Positions 50,631 through 60,312 of a stretch of 64,000 nt of DNA are shown here, one piece after another. A program made the translations under genes and the position numbers. The notes beneath the pieces were generated by a model, which saw only the letters and a list, made by a program, of their open reading frames with translations, was not told the DNA's origin and did not search any database. Source of the stretch: an uncultured Ignavibacteria bacterium (lineage in GTDB: Bacteria > Zixibacteria > MSB-5A5 > RBG-16-43-9); NCBI GenBank assembly GCA_964570765.1, contig CAZMZF010000001.1, positions 47,626-111,625 on the forward strand. The letters run 5' to 3'. The number at the start of each line of letters is the position of its first letter. Position 1 is the first letter of the stretch.

Positions 50631-51176
50631 ATGTCAAGAACTCTGAAATTTCTACCAGTAGTTTTAGTAATTGTCTTTCTTTCTTTTTCTTTGGCTTTCT
50701 CCATAGAAAAAGAAAAAGTTTTTGAAGAAAGAACAGTAAAGGAGAATTCTATAGATGAGAAAGTCCTGATAGGAAAAGAGGTGATCATACCTAAAGATAC
50801 CACTGCCACTCCCCAGAATTATCATATTCCCTGGAGCAGTTTTAATGGCGGTGGAAAAGATATGGCTTCCACCAATTATAAGACTATGGTCTCTTCAGCG
50901 CAAAGTTTTATCGGAGAGTCTCAGAGTACCAATTATCAGTTAAAAAGCGGATACTGGTATGGTGGTAAGCCTTTTCTATGTGCAGATGTTAATGAAACCG
51001 GGAATGTATCTTTAGGGGATATCGTTTACCTGATCAACTATCTTTTCAAATTTGGTCCTGAGCCAGATCCATTTTATCGTGAAGCAGATACGAATGGAGA
51101 TGGAAAGGTAAGCTTATCTGATATCGTCTGGTTGATCAACTATCTTTTTAAATTTGGACCAGCCCCTGTTTGTTAA
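50631..51176 (+). CDS. Secreted protein with a C-terminal dockerin-like duplicated Ca-binding segment
   Basis: Signal peptide. ADVNETGNVSLGDIVYLINYLFKFGP and ADTNGDGKVSLSDIVWLINYLFKFGP form a tandem pair resembling dockerin type I repeats. Confidence 0.55.
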   Translation: MSRTLKFLPVVLVIVFLSFSLAFSIEKEKVFEERTVKENSIDEKVLIGKEVIIPKDTTATPQNYHIPWSSFNGGGKDMASTNYKTMVSSAQSFIGESQSTNYQLKSGYWYGGKPFLCADVNETGNVSLGDIVYLINYLFKFGPEPDPFYREADTNGDGKVSLSDIVWLINYLFKFGPAPVC

Positions 51177-51217
51177 AGCCGTAATTAAAAGGGTCTTTCA
51201 GTAATAAGTATGTAGAG

Positions 51218-51251
51218 GTCCCTCTGGCAAAAATGCCGGAGGGACTTTTTT
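51218..51251 (+). terminator. Hairpin GTCCCTCTGGC-AAAAAT-GCCGGAGGGAC followed by T6
   Basis: Stem with 1 mismatch and a T-tract, 42 nt after the stop of the dockerin-like gene. Confidence 0.5.
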
Positions 51252-51344
51252 ATATTTAAAAAGAAGTTATAAAGAATAATTTATCCTCCGATAAGATAAA
51301 AAGGGGTTAAAATTTCTTAAATATCCGGCTTGAAGGAGGAAAAG

Positions 51345-52277
51345 ATGGATAAGATAAAAAATTTTTTGGTAAAACACTTAGAGAAAATATTAATTCTGGG
51401 CTTGACCGGTATTATTTTGATTACTAACCATTTTGTTTTTCAGAAGATGGCTTTCCTTAATTTTTATTATCTGCCGGTCTTGGTCTCTGGTTATTTCCTT
51501 GGAAAAAAGTATGCTATCTACACCAGTGTTTTCAGCATAGGGCTGGTGGTTTTCCTGGCGATTTTATACCCGAACTCTTTTTACCATCAATCCACGGATC
51601 TAAGGTTAGCTTTAGATCTGGTGATCTGGGGTGGGTTTCTGTTTTTAGCCGGAGCGGTGGTGGGGACTTTATATGAACAGAAGGAAAATAAAATTCAGGA
51701 GATCAAAAAAGCGTATGTGGGAGTGATTGAGATTTTAACTAAATACTTGGAATCCTCGGACCGATATACCAAAGGCCACTCGCTCAGAGTGGCAGATTAT
51801 GCTTCGGAAATCGCCAAGTCGTTGGAATTATCTAAAAGTGAAGTTGAAAACATCAGAGTAGCAGGTCTTCTGCACGATATAGGAAAAATTGAGATCTCGA
51901 GCGAGCTTATAACCAAAGCTGCCAGTTTGACCACGGAAGAGAAGAAAATAGTTGAAACCCATGTGGAAAAGGGCGTAGAGATATTAAGCTCAGTTGGAAC
52001 GGTCTTAAAAGAGTCTATTCCTATAGTTTTATCCCATCATAAATTCTTCATCGAGAGCAGTGAGGAGGAGAAAAAATTCAATACCCTTCCCTTAGGAGCC
52101 AGGATTTTAGCAGTGGCAGATAGCTTTGATGCGATGGTCACAGATAGGCCTTACCGGGCAGGGAAACCGTTATGGCAGGCGATGGAGGAGTTAGAAAAGG
52201 GAAGCGGGATACAATTTGATCCGCATGTGGTTGAGGCTTTTAAAAGGGTGTTAGCGGATAAAGTGGAAGTAACGTAA
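51345..52277 (+). CDS. Membrane-anchored HD-GYP-family phosphohydrolase with a degenerate GYP motif
   Basis: N-terminal 4-5 TM helices. HD domain motifs (LLHDIGK, SHHKF, VADSFDAMVTDRPYR). The expected HHExxDGxGYP segment reads HHKFFIESSEEEKK, so no GYP is present. The start is chosen at MDKIKN, preceded by AAGGAGG. Confidence 0.7.
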   Translation: MDKIKNFLVKHLEKILILGLTGIILITNHFVFQKMAFLNFYYLPVLVSGYFLGKKYAIYTSVFSIGLVVFLAILYPNSFYHQSTDLRLALDLVIWGGFLFLAGAVVGTLYEQKENKIQEIKKAYVGVIEILTKYLESSDRYTKGHSLRVADYASEIAKSLELSKSEVENIRVAGLLHDIGKIEISSELITKAASLTTEEKKIVETHVEKGVEILSSVGTVLKESIPIVLSHHKFFIESSEEEKKFNTLPLGARILAVADSFDAMVTDRPYRAGKPLWQAMEELEKGSGIQFDPHVVEAFKRVLADKVEVT

Positions 52278-52456
52278 AAAAAGTTCAAGGGTTTAAGAGT
52301 TTAAAGGTTCAAAGGGAAAAAAGAAGTGGAATTGATTCGGGTTTCGTGAACGTAAATATAACCTTACCCTAACCCTATCATTAGGAAGGAGAGGGGATGA
52401 ATTATGTACAGTAGAGGTTCAAAATTTTGAACCCTTACTTTTTTCCAAATTCAGTT

Positions 52457-52639
52457 TAGTTTTTCAGTATTTTGGTAACATTTTTTATAGTTAAGGCTAG
52501 AGGAAAGAGATTATAAATTAGAAGGTAACTTGTTAAAACGTGATTCACATTCAAGAAATTGTTAGTAATTAAAGAGATATCGCGTAGGGGTGGAGCTTGT
52601 TGAGCGAAGCGAAATCCCGCTTCTGCGGGGTCTCCACCC
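52457..52639. repeat. Copy B of the ~183-bp noncoding element
   Basis: About 88% identical to 334-515. Same terminal hairpin GTAGGGGTGGAGC...GGGTCTCCACCC. Confidence 0.6.
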
Positions 52640-52868
52640 TTTACCTTGGGCGGAGTTAAACTCCCTACGGGGAGCTAAACCTGTTAACAAAATTGTGAAG
52701 TAGTGCAACGGGCAGGAGTACAACTCCTGCCCGAGCAGATTACCTCATCAGATATTCACAGAATTGATAAAATAGCCGATAAAAATAATAATACTGAATA
52801 GTATGTTACTGCGGATAATTTATTGTAGAGTAATGTGTTAGCAAATGCTTTTCTTTTAAAAAAAACGA

Positions 52869-52896
52869 TTGACAAATTTAAAAAATTGATTATTAT
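52869..52896 (+). promoter_or_regulatory. Sigma-70-like promoter: TTGACA, 16-bp spacer, TATTAT
   Basis: Consensus -35 and near-consensus -10 about 60 nt upstream of the 52956 start codon, which is itself preceded by AGGAGG. Confidence 0.4.
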
Positions 52897-52955
52897 ATAT
52901 TCAGATTGAGGGGGAAAAGAAAACCTTTTTGCTCCTGCTTCCCAGAGGAGGTTTT

Positions 52956-54221
52956 ATGAGAGTAATGACTAAAATTTTGTTATCTTTTTTAATCCTTTTT
53001 TCCCTGGTCAGTTCTTCACAATCCAGAATAATCTATATTCCCTCCCCCTCTTTAGCCACAATTCAAGGTGGGATAAATGTTGCCTCCAACGGTGACACGG
53101 TTCTGGTCAATGTGGGAACCTATTATGAGAATATAGACTTCAAGGGAAAAAATATCGTGGTGGCAAGCAGGTATCTTATTGAAGGGGATAGCAGTTTAAT
53201 TGAGGCGACCTTCATAGACGCAACTTATTCTTCATCCAAACCTGTGGTAACTTTTAAATCCGGTGAGGACTCCCTTACCCTTTTAACCGGGTTCACCATT
53301 CGTAACAATTCTGATTCCTTAGGGATACTTTGCGACAGCAGTTCCAGCCCCCGGATCATCTATAACCAGATTAAGAATAACCTGGGAGGTCTTTCCTGTT
53401 CCAATTCTTCTAATCCTTTGATAAAAAATAATTTCTTTAAAGATAATGTCAACAATGGGGTGCGGAGTCAGAGCGGTTCTTCTCCTCAGGTGGAGAATAA
53501 TTTCATCTCTGGACACCAAGTGGGGATAAATTGTTCTGCTGGTGCTCCACTTATCAAAAGGAATGTAGTAACTCAGAGCAGTAAGATGGGAATTAACATA
53601 AGTAGTGCGTCTCCACAAGTTTACAATAACACTATAGCAAATATCACCGGGGATGGAGTAGAGATTGTTTCCTCCTCAGATGTGAAATTAATAAATAACA
53701 TCATAGCAAGTTGCAGTCTTGGCGTGGGCATAAAGGTTTCAAGCTCTAATCCTATTATAAAGTATAACGATGTCTGGGGCAATGCTGGTGGAAATTTCTC
53801 CGGAACACCTATAGGTGTTGGGAATATGTCCTGGGGTAAAAATTTAAAAGGGATAGCCTGTGACCAGTTTCTAAATATCAGCCAGGAGCCTAAATTTGTA
53901 AACCCACCTGCTGATTTTTCATTGCAGTGTTCTTCTCCCTGTATAGATGTTGGAGATCCGGGTTTCCCCGTTCCGAGTTCAGGTGGACCCAGGATCGATA
54001 TGGGGGCTTATGAGTACCTTATCTCCACTGGAGATGTTTATGTAGATGGTAAGATCAATGTTTCAGATGTAATCTTCCTGATAAATTATCTTTTCAAAAA
54101 TGGTCCCGCTCCAGATCCCTTATTAAAAGGAGATGTGACTGCAGATAGTTTAGTAAATGTCCAGGATATATTCCATCTGATAAATTATCTTTTCAGAAAC
54201 GGTATGCAGCCCTGTCATTGA
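52956..54221 (+). CDS. Secreted right-handed parallel beta-helix repeat protein with a C-terminal dockerin-like module
   Basis: Signal peptide MRVMTKILLSFLILFS. The start is chosen at MRVMTK rather than the track start at 52929. Repeated ...N.I..N..G....SS.P.I..N... units. C-terminal GDVYVDGKINVSDVIFLINYLFKNGP / GDVTADSLVNVQDIFHLINYLFRNG. Confidence 0.6.
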   Translation: MRVMTKILLSFLILFSLVSSSQSRIIYIPSPSLATIQGGINVASNGDTVLVNVGTYYENIDFKGKNIVVASRYLIEGDSSLIEATFIDATYSSSKPVVTFKSGEDSLTLLTGFTIRNNSDSLGILCDSSSSPRIIYNQIKNNLGGLSCSNSSNPLIKNNFFKDNVNNGVRSQSGSSPQVENNFISGHQVGINCSAGAPLIKRNVVTQSSKMGINISSASPQVYNNTIANITGDGVEIVSSSDVKLINNIIASCSLGVGIKVSSSNPIIKYNDVWGNAGGNFSGTPIGVGNMSWGKNLKGIACDQFLNISQEPKFVNPPADFSLQCSSPCIDVGDPGFPVPSSGGPRIDMGAYEYLISTGDVYVDGKINVSDVIFLINYLFKNGPAPDPLLKGDVTADSLVNVQDIFHLINYLFRNGMQPCH

Positions 54222-54283
54222 CCTATGTGGGAGTGGAGGCTGGAACTCCTTTTACGAAAACCGAGGGAACGGTTTCATTAAGG

Positions 54284-54315
54284 CGAATCCCGAATTTCAG
54301 GGACTCGCTTTTTTG
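54284..54315 (+). terminator. Hairpin GCGAATCCC-GAATTTCA-GGGACTCGC followed by T6
   Basis: Seen in the sequence about 60 nt after the stop of the beta-helix gene. Confidence 0.45.
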
Positions 54316-54545
54316 TTATCAAAAAGCGTTTGTTTTTTCCAGTTGAAAGATTTATAATAAAAAATGAGTATGGAATAAGGAAGATGGAAAATGAAAAATG
54401 GAATAGGTAAAAAGTAGTAAACCGTTAGTGGAGATTTATGTATAGGTATTGACAATTTAGTTTAGAGTGTGTCATGGAAAATAAAAACGTAACGTTATCT
54501 TTACAAAGTTACCAAAATATGATTTAATTATGAAGAGAGTAAGCA

Positions 54546-55025
54546 ATGCGAGTTGAAGATCAAATAAACAATGACAATGTGACCTTGCCCCGACAGAATT
54601 TATTCTCCATCTTAAAATGGGGATTTTTTTTGACCTTAATACTTTTTTTAATAAATTGCGGGCTGAAAAGACCAAAGGATGAGATTGGTCCCCTTAAGGA
54701 GGTGATAAGCAGGTTTGAGAGAGGGGTTATTAATGAAAACAGAATAGTCCTGGATTCGGTCTATAGCAAAAAAGATATAAACAGGGATTCGCTTATCAGC
54801 TCAGTTCTTCAAGAATTTTCTGCCTTGAAATCGAAAGGATTTTATTCCTTTAAGAGGAGGAAGTTTTCGATAATAGAGAATAAAATAATTGCTACAGTGG
54901 AGCTTTTCATAAGCAGAGAGGATCAGAAATCCGCGAGTGGATCCGTAGGAGAGGAGAAGATATTAGAGGTTTTCTTAGAAAAGAAAAGGGGTGAATGGAA
55001 AATAGTTGGACAGGATATAAAATAA
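54546..55025 (+). CDS. Hypothetical lipoprotein
   Basis: TM/signal region ending in LINCG (lipobox-like). Confidence 0.4.
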   Translation: MRVEDQINNDNVTLPRQNLFSILKWGFFLTLILFLINCGLKRPKDEIGPLKEVISRFERGVINENRIVLDSVYSKKDINRDSLISSVLQEFSALKSKGFYSFKRRKFSIIENKIIATVELFISREDQKSASGSVGEEKILEVFLEKKRGEWKIVGQDIK

Positions 55026-55225
55026 AGAACGTTTAATCCGCCAAAGGCGGACAAAAGTTCAAAGGCTCAAAGGAAGAAAAAATAATAATGGATGAAGAAT
55101 GACGAATGACGGAAAAAATATTGTAGGGGCAACCCCCTGCGGTTGCCCATTATGGGAGCAGGCGCTGGAGCCTGCCCCTACATAAAATATAAAATGTCAA
55201 CACTTATGAATTCAGAGGTCAATAG

Positions 55226-56284
55226 ATGTTAGGTTTGAATGAGATTATCGAAAAAGAAGTTACTAAGGCGATTTCTTTCATCCAGGAAGCTTTGAAGGAA
55301 AAACCTGAGTATATCGAAATTGAGCGGGGTGAGGAGGAGAAAGAGCTATTACTTTTAGATAAAAATTTAGACCAACTTTCCTTTGATAAAATCCCGGAGC
55401 TTAGCTGTGAAAACAAAGTCGCGGCAGTGGATGGTGGGTCTGCTACAGTCCTTAAAACCAGGTCTTTTCTGATCGGAGTTTATCGGGCAGGATATGTAAT
55501 TTTTCAGAAAGGGAAAAGAGTTAAGGAGAAGTTTGTTCCTCTGAGGATGGAGATTCTATCTCTGGAAAACAAAGCAGAGAAATATCTGCAAGCGTATCAA
55601 GAACTGGTAGGTGAGGTGCCGAATGAGGTCCCGGAGTTAGATAAGATTTTAGACCGGTTAAGGCTTTTTGCGGAATGGGGGCTGGTCAAGGGATTAATAA
55701 CTGATTTAGAAAAGAGTGATATGATTTTAGTAGATGGCTCATTAAGGGCAAGCATTGTGCCTCCGTATGAGCTTCTTTTAAAAGTAACAGAAGAAGCCAA
55801 ACAGAAAAATATCCATTTAGTTGGAGTGACCAAGACCTCTACTCTATACTGGGGTAAAAAATCTCCTTTGATTCCGATGGTGGTTAAAAGCTCAGAGAAG
55901 TTCTGTCCAGAATCTAAGTGGTTCTGCCGTTTGTCTGATCTGGATTTAGCTTTGAAAAATTCCAACTGGTTCGGGACGATCTATGTATCCAGGCTTAAAG
56001 CCTCTTCTGATTATGCTTTTAGAGTGGATATAAATCGTCTGGATAATACTGAGCCAGCAAAGATTTTCTCCTGGCTGTCCAATCTTTCCTCTGACCCAGC
56101 ATACTTAGGTTATCCCTATCCTTTAGCTGCAGTGCATAATCGGGCCAGGATTTTAGGAAGTGAGATCGAAGATATAAAATATAGATTGCAGAGCAAGGCT
56201 TTAGAAAAAGGGATTTCATTTGCGGACTGGAACCTTTTGTTCCGGGATTTTCATGAGGTGTTGAATGCGGATTTAAATAAATAA
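55226..56284 (+). CDS. NurA-like nuclease domain protein (tentative)
   Basis: KVAAVDGGSATV matches the NurA N-terminal catalytic Asp motif (..DGS). Size about 350 aa. A HerA-like ATPase gene lies 1 kb downstream. Confidence 0.5.
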   Translation: MLGLNEIIEKEVTKAISFIQEALKEKPEYIEIERGEEEKELLLLDKNLDQLSFDKIPELSCENKVAAVDGGSATVLKTRSFLIGVYRAGYVIFQKGKRVKEKFVPLRMEILSLENKAEKYLQAYQELVGEVPNEVPELDKILDRLRLFAEWGLVKGLITDLEKSDMILVDGSLRASIVPPYELLLKVTEEAKQKNIHLVGVTKTSTLYWGKKSPLIPMVVKSSEKFCPESKWFCRLSDLDLALKNSNWFGTIYVSRLKASSDYAFRVDINRLDNTEPAKIFSWLSNLSSDPAYLGYPYPLAAVHNRARILGSEIEDIKYRLQSKALEKGISFADWNLLFRDFHEVLNADLNK

Positions 56285-56382
56285 AATAAATGACTAATGA
56301 TTAATGATAGATAACGGATAAAAAAAATGGAAAATGAAAGAAAGAAGAAGAGAAATAAAAAGATAATGACGAATAAATAACT

Positions 56383-56443
56383 GTAGGAGCAGGCCCCTGT
56401 GCCGGCCCTGATATTCTGGGCGAACACACAGGTTAGCCCCTAC
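56383..56443. repeat. REP element GTAGGAGCAGGCCCCTG...GCCCCTAC (GTAGGGGC family)
   Basis: Palindrome with GTAG/CTAC termini 18 bp upstream of the RAYT2 start. Confidence 0.6.
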
Positions 56444-56460
56444 AAATACCAGAATAAAAA

Positions 56461-57048
56461 ATGCAACAGAATTCGGAAAAATATCAACGTCGTTCAATCC
56501 GATTAAAGGAATACGATTATTCACAAGCTGGGGCGTATTTTGTAATGATATGCACGCAGAACAATGAATGCGTTTTTGGAGAGGTGATTAATGAAGAGAT
56601 GAGATTGAATAAATATGGGAAAATTGTTAAAGATGAGTGGTTGAGGACAAGGGAGATACGTTCAAATGTGATGTTGGATGAATATATCGTGATGCCAAAT
56701 CATTTTCATGGTATTATACTGATTATTGATGATGTGTTTGTAGGGGCGACCCGCCGGGTCGCCCCTACAGTAAAATCAACCACGTTGAAGTCAAATACCC
56801 TCGGTTCAATTATTGGTCAAATAAAATCCATTGTTACCAAAAATATTCACAAAATGGGATTAAAACATTTTCACTGGCAAAGAAATTATTATGAACATGT
56901 TATTAGGAATGAAGATAAGTTGAACAAAATCAGACAATATATTCAGAACAAACCTCTAAGCTGGCATCTGGATAGAGAAAATCCGGAAAGGGTAGGAATA
57001 AATAGGTTAGAAGATGAGATTTTTAATTTGAAGAAGACAATTAAATAA
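56461..57048 (+). CDS. REP-associated tyrosine transposase (RAYT / IS200-like Y1), second copy with a REP palindrome embedded in the coding sequence
   Basis: HuH motif MPNHFHGIIL. Catalytic Tyr region WQRNYYEHVIRNE...YIQNKP. The palindrome GTAGGGGCGACCCGCCGGGTCGCCCCTAC at 56740-56768 lies in-frame between the two motifs. Confidence 0.75.
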   Translation: MQQNSEKYQRRSIRLKEYDYSQAGAYFVMICTQNNECVFGEVINEEMRLNKYGKIVKDEWLRTREIRSNVMLDEYIVMPNHFHGIILIIDDVFVGATRRVAPTVKSTTLKSNTLGSIIGQIKSIVTKNIHKMGLKHFHWQRNYYEHVIRNEDKLNKIRQYIQNKPLSWHLDRENPERVGINRLEDEIFNLKKTIK

Positions 57049-57328
57049 ATAGCGGATGACGAATATCGAACGACGAATAATGGATAAAAGAAGAAGGGAT
57101 ATAGAAGAAGGAATATGAAAATGAAGAAAAATGGTAGATATTGAAGATTGATTAAAAGATTGTAAGGTCAATCTCCCGTGCCTGTCCCGGAAAGGTGCTA
57201 TCATTGCGAGGAGTCTCCCCGCCTTTGGCGGGGGACGACGAAGCAAGCACCTTACTCAATCAGTGTAAACAGATTGCTTCGCACCGCAGGGGACTCGCAA
57301 TGACACTATTATAACCTGAGGAGAAAAA

Positions 57329-58894
57329 ATGGATTACAAAGGCAGAATAATCGGAAAAAGTATAACCGAGATTTATTTCCGGACTTTTTATGAGGAGGAA
57401 CTTCATTTAGGGGATATCCTGGTGGCACAGGACGAGGAGAAAAATCTTCCTTTTTATTTAAGAGTAGTGGAGGTCAGTTACGGAGTTGAAGCAACTGATC
57501 CGGACTGGGCTTCTCGCACTGCGGGGAATATGATGCTTTTAGACCGGCAGACCGAGTCTTATCAGTTTCAGGAAAAAGAGAGAAGGCTTTTCAAAATTGG
57601 AAAATGTGTCCCCTTAGGTTATATTAAAGATAATCTCTTCAGAAAACCAAAAACTATACCGGAACATTTCTCCAGAGTGCGCACTCCAAATAATGAAGAT
57701 TTTCTTTTTCTGAAAAAATATACGGGTGATATAGACGTTGGTAAACTGCGCTCAGGTGAAGATGTGATTGATTTCAAAATCGGAGTCTCCGGAGAGCTGT
57801 TTCCTTATCATATCGGGATATTCGCTACCACCGGTATGGGGAAAAGTAATTTGATGAAGGTTTTAGCCAGTTCAGTTTTAGAATCGGGCAAATACGGGAT
57901 GCTGATTTTGGACCCGCACGGAGAATATTATGATGGGGGAGGTGATCCGAAACATAAGGGGTTGGTTGATCATCCTTTAGCAAAAGAATGGCTGAGAGTC
58001 TATTCTTCCAGAGATTTAAAAGGTCCTTATAATAAACTCAAGATAAGCTCCAAGGAGATAGAGATCAAGGATGTTCGGCAGATTTACGGGTTCACCCAGG
58101 CACAGGTGGAAGCGCTTTATGCCTTAGCGCATCATTTTGGCAGGGATTGGCTGGATGGAGTAAAGAGAAGTTCTATTTCAGAGCTGGCGATGAGTTTGTC
58201 ATCTGGCGGTGCTTTTTTTGAATCAACGATAGGAGTCATCCAGAGGAGAGCAGAGCAGATTTTGAGACTTCCCTTTGTGCATGGTGACCCTAATGTCTCT
58301 ATTACTGTTAATGTGATTAATGATTTATCCTCAGGTAAAGTGGTTTTGATAGATACTTCCAATATGTCTGAACAGGAGGAGCTTTTGATCTCTGCGGTTC
58401 TGGCACGGGCTGTTTTCTCCAGAAATAAAGAGGCATATCAGGATCCTGCCAAGTTCAAAAAGATCTTACCTACTCTGATCGTGATGGAAGAAGCCCAGAG
58501 AGTTTTATCTCAAAAGGGCGAAGCGGATATAAATATCTTTGCTCAAGTCTCAAGAGAAGGAAGGAAGTTCAAAACCGGGCTTTGTGCCATTACCCAACAG
58601 CCAAAACTAATCGATGAGGAGCTTTTGTCTCAGTTCAATACCCTTTTCATCTTAGGTCTGGCAGATGAACGGGACCGGAATATCCTGAAAAGCTCTGCCA
58701 AGCAGGATATTTCTGATCTGGGAACAGAGATTCAGATGCTTGAAGCAGGCGAAGCTTTGATCACCTCTCCCCAGGCTCCTTTTGCCATCCCGGTTAAGGT
58801 CTATCTTTTTGAAGAATGGCTGAAGGAAAGAAAAGAAAGCTTGAAAGAAAAAAATTCTGTGGATGTAAAGGTGGATGAGGGATTTTTTAAATAG
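57329..58894 (+). CDS. HerA-like ATPase (FtsK/HerA superfamily, DUF87)
   Basis: Walker A GIFATTGMGKSNL, Walker B LIVMEEAQR. About 520 aa. Confidence 0.7.
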   Translation: MDYKGRIIGKSITEIYFRTFYEEELHLGDILVAQDEEKNLPFYLRVVEVSYGVEATDPDWASRTAGNMMLLDRQTESYQFQEKERRLFKIGKCVPLGYIKDNLFRKPKTIPEHFSRVRTPNNEDFLFLKKYTGDIDVGKLRSGEDVIDFKIGVSGELFPYHIGIFATTGMGKSNLMKVLASSVLESGKYGMLILDPHGEYYDGGGDPKHKGLVDHPLAKEWLRVYSSRDLKGPYNKLKISSKEIEIKDVRQIYGFTQAQVEALYALAHHFGRDWLDGVKRSSISELAMSLSSGGAFFESTIGVIQRRAEQILRLPFVHGDPNVSITVNVINDLSSGKVVLIDTSNMSEQEELLISAVLARAVFSRNKEAYQDPAKFKKILPTLIVMEEAQRVLSQKGEADINIFAQVSREGRKFKTGLCAITQQPKLIDEELLSQFNTLFILGLADERDRNILKSSAKQDISDLGTEIQMLEAGEALITSPQAPFAIPVKVYLFEEWLKERKESLKEKNSVDVKVDEGFFK

Positions 58895-58946
58895 AGTATT
58901 TTGTATGGACAGAACACTGTTCTGTCCTACTTTTTTATCTAACTAC

Positions 58947-59888
58947 ATGAATATCCAGAAAGAAAAAATCAAATTTTATCTTGATAAAAATATTTGGTCG
59001 CATAAAATAATGGAGATGACTCCATCTGAGCTTGAAGAGTTTAAAATTTTATTGAAACCTTTAAAAGAACAATCAAAAATAGAGATATATTATTCTCCGA
59101 TTAATGTATTGGAGTTGATAAAGGGAATGTAATTAGAAAAATATTATGAGGTTTGTCAAAAAGAAATAAGGTTAGTCGACAGAATAACAGACAAACATAT
59201 ACTTGAATATCCGTGGCACCATATACAGCGAATAGCATTTTGGTTCCTTGGAAAGCCATTTCAGGAAATTGACCTTACCTTTTTGAATTTATGTAGAAAA
59301 ATTGCAAATTCATCATATCGAGATATTGAACGTGATATTCAACCAATTCATAACATCTTAAATAGATGGATTAATGAATGGGTAGACAATCTTAACTCTA
59401 TTATAATAAGATTTAGAGAGGAACTTGGTTTAGAGATCATAGGCGAATGTAAGTTATTAAAGATTAAAGAATATTGGACCAAAGAATCAACTCCTAAGAG
59501 AAGACAAAGAATGTGGATATCTTTCTGTAACCACTTTTCTCTTTCACCTCAACTAAAGGATTACCCTTTTATCTCAGCATATGATAACTTTCATTCATTT
59601 AGATATTGGGTAGATTATCGACTTACTTTTGAAAACAAACTAATCTTTAAGAACAAAAGAGTTGAATCTGGTGATTATTTGGATTGGGAACAAACTGTCT
59701 ATCTTAACATAATGGATTATTTAGTAACTGAAGATGGAGATTTAAGAAGTATTTTCGAAGAATGCGATAATGATGAAATTCATAGTAGGACAATTACTTT
59801 TAATAAATTTATTGACTACCTCAAAGGTGAATTACCTCCTAAACGAGCACCTGATACTACAGCTGAGCAATGGTATGATACCAGTTAA
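58947..59888 (+). pseudogene. AT-rich hypothetical reading frame interrupted by a single in-frame TAA (59130-59132). Possible pseudogene or two small genes
   Basis: The ORFs 58875-59132 and 59283-59888 are in the same frame and the stretch 59133-59282 is also open. The first ~70 nt of the upstream ORF cover a REP (GGACAGAACACTGTTCTGTCC). Confidence 0.3.
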
Positions 59889-60312
59889 AATTGGTGTAGG
59901 AATTCCCCAGAATGGGTCTTGGCGACATTTCCCGCACGAACAGTAAATCTCTTTTTCCGTCAGGTCAGGGTACCTGACGGGCACTTGGAATTCCTTTAAT
60001 AGGTCGTATATTATAATAAATCAATGGTAGGGGTTAAAAATTTTGAACCCTTTCAAGGTTTATCAACTCGCTCTAGACCTCACCCTGCCCTTGTATTTTA
60101 AATTGGAAGGATTTATAATTATACGGACCGGGATGAAACTGTCCTTACCCAAAGGTATTAAAGCCTGAAGGAGAGATTAGTTCGCCCGGTCCGTTAATCC
60201 GCCAGAGGCGGACCTGATACCGGACGGTATCTTAGGCGATCAGATTTGACCAGCCTGTATTCACAAGGTCGGTACAAGGCGTCCAGGGGTAAAGGTAAAA
60301 CAGGAGGTTACA

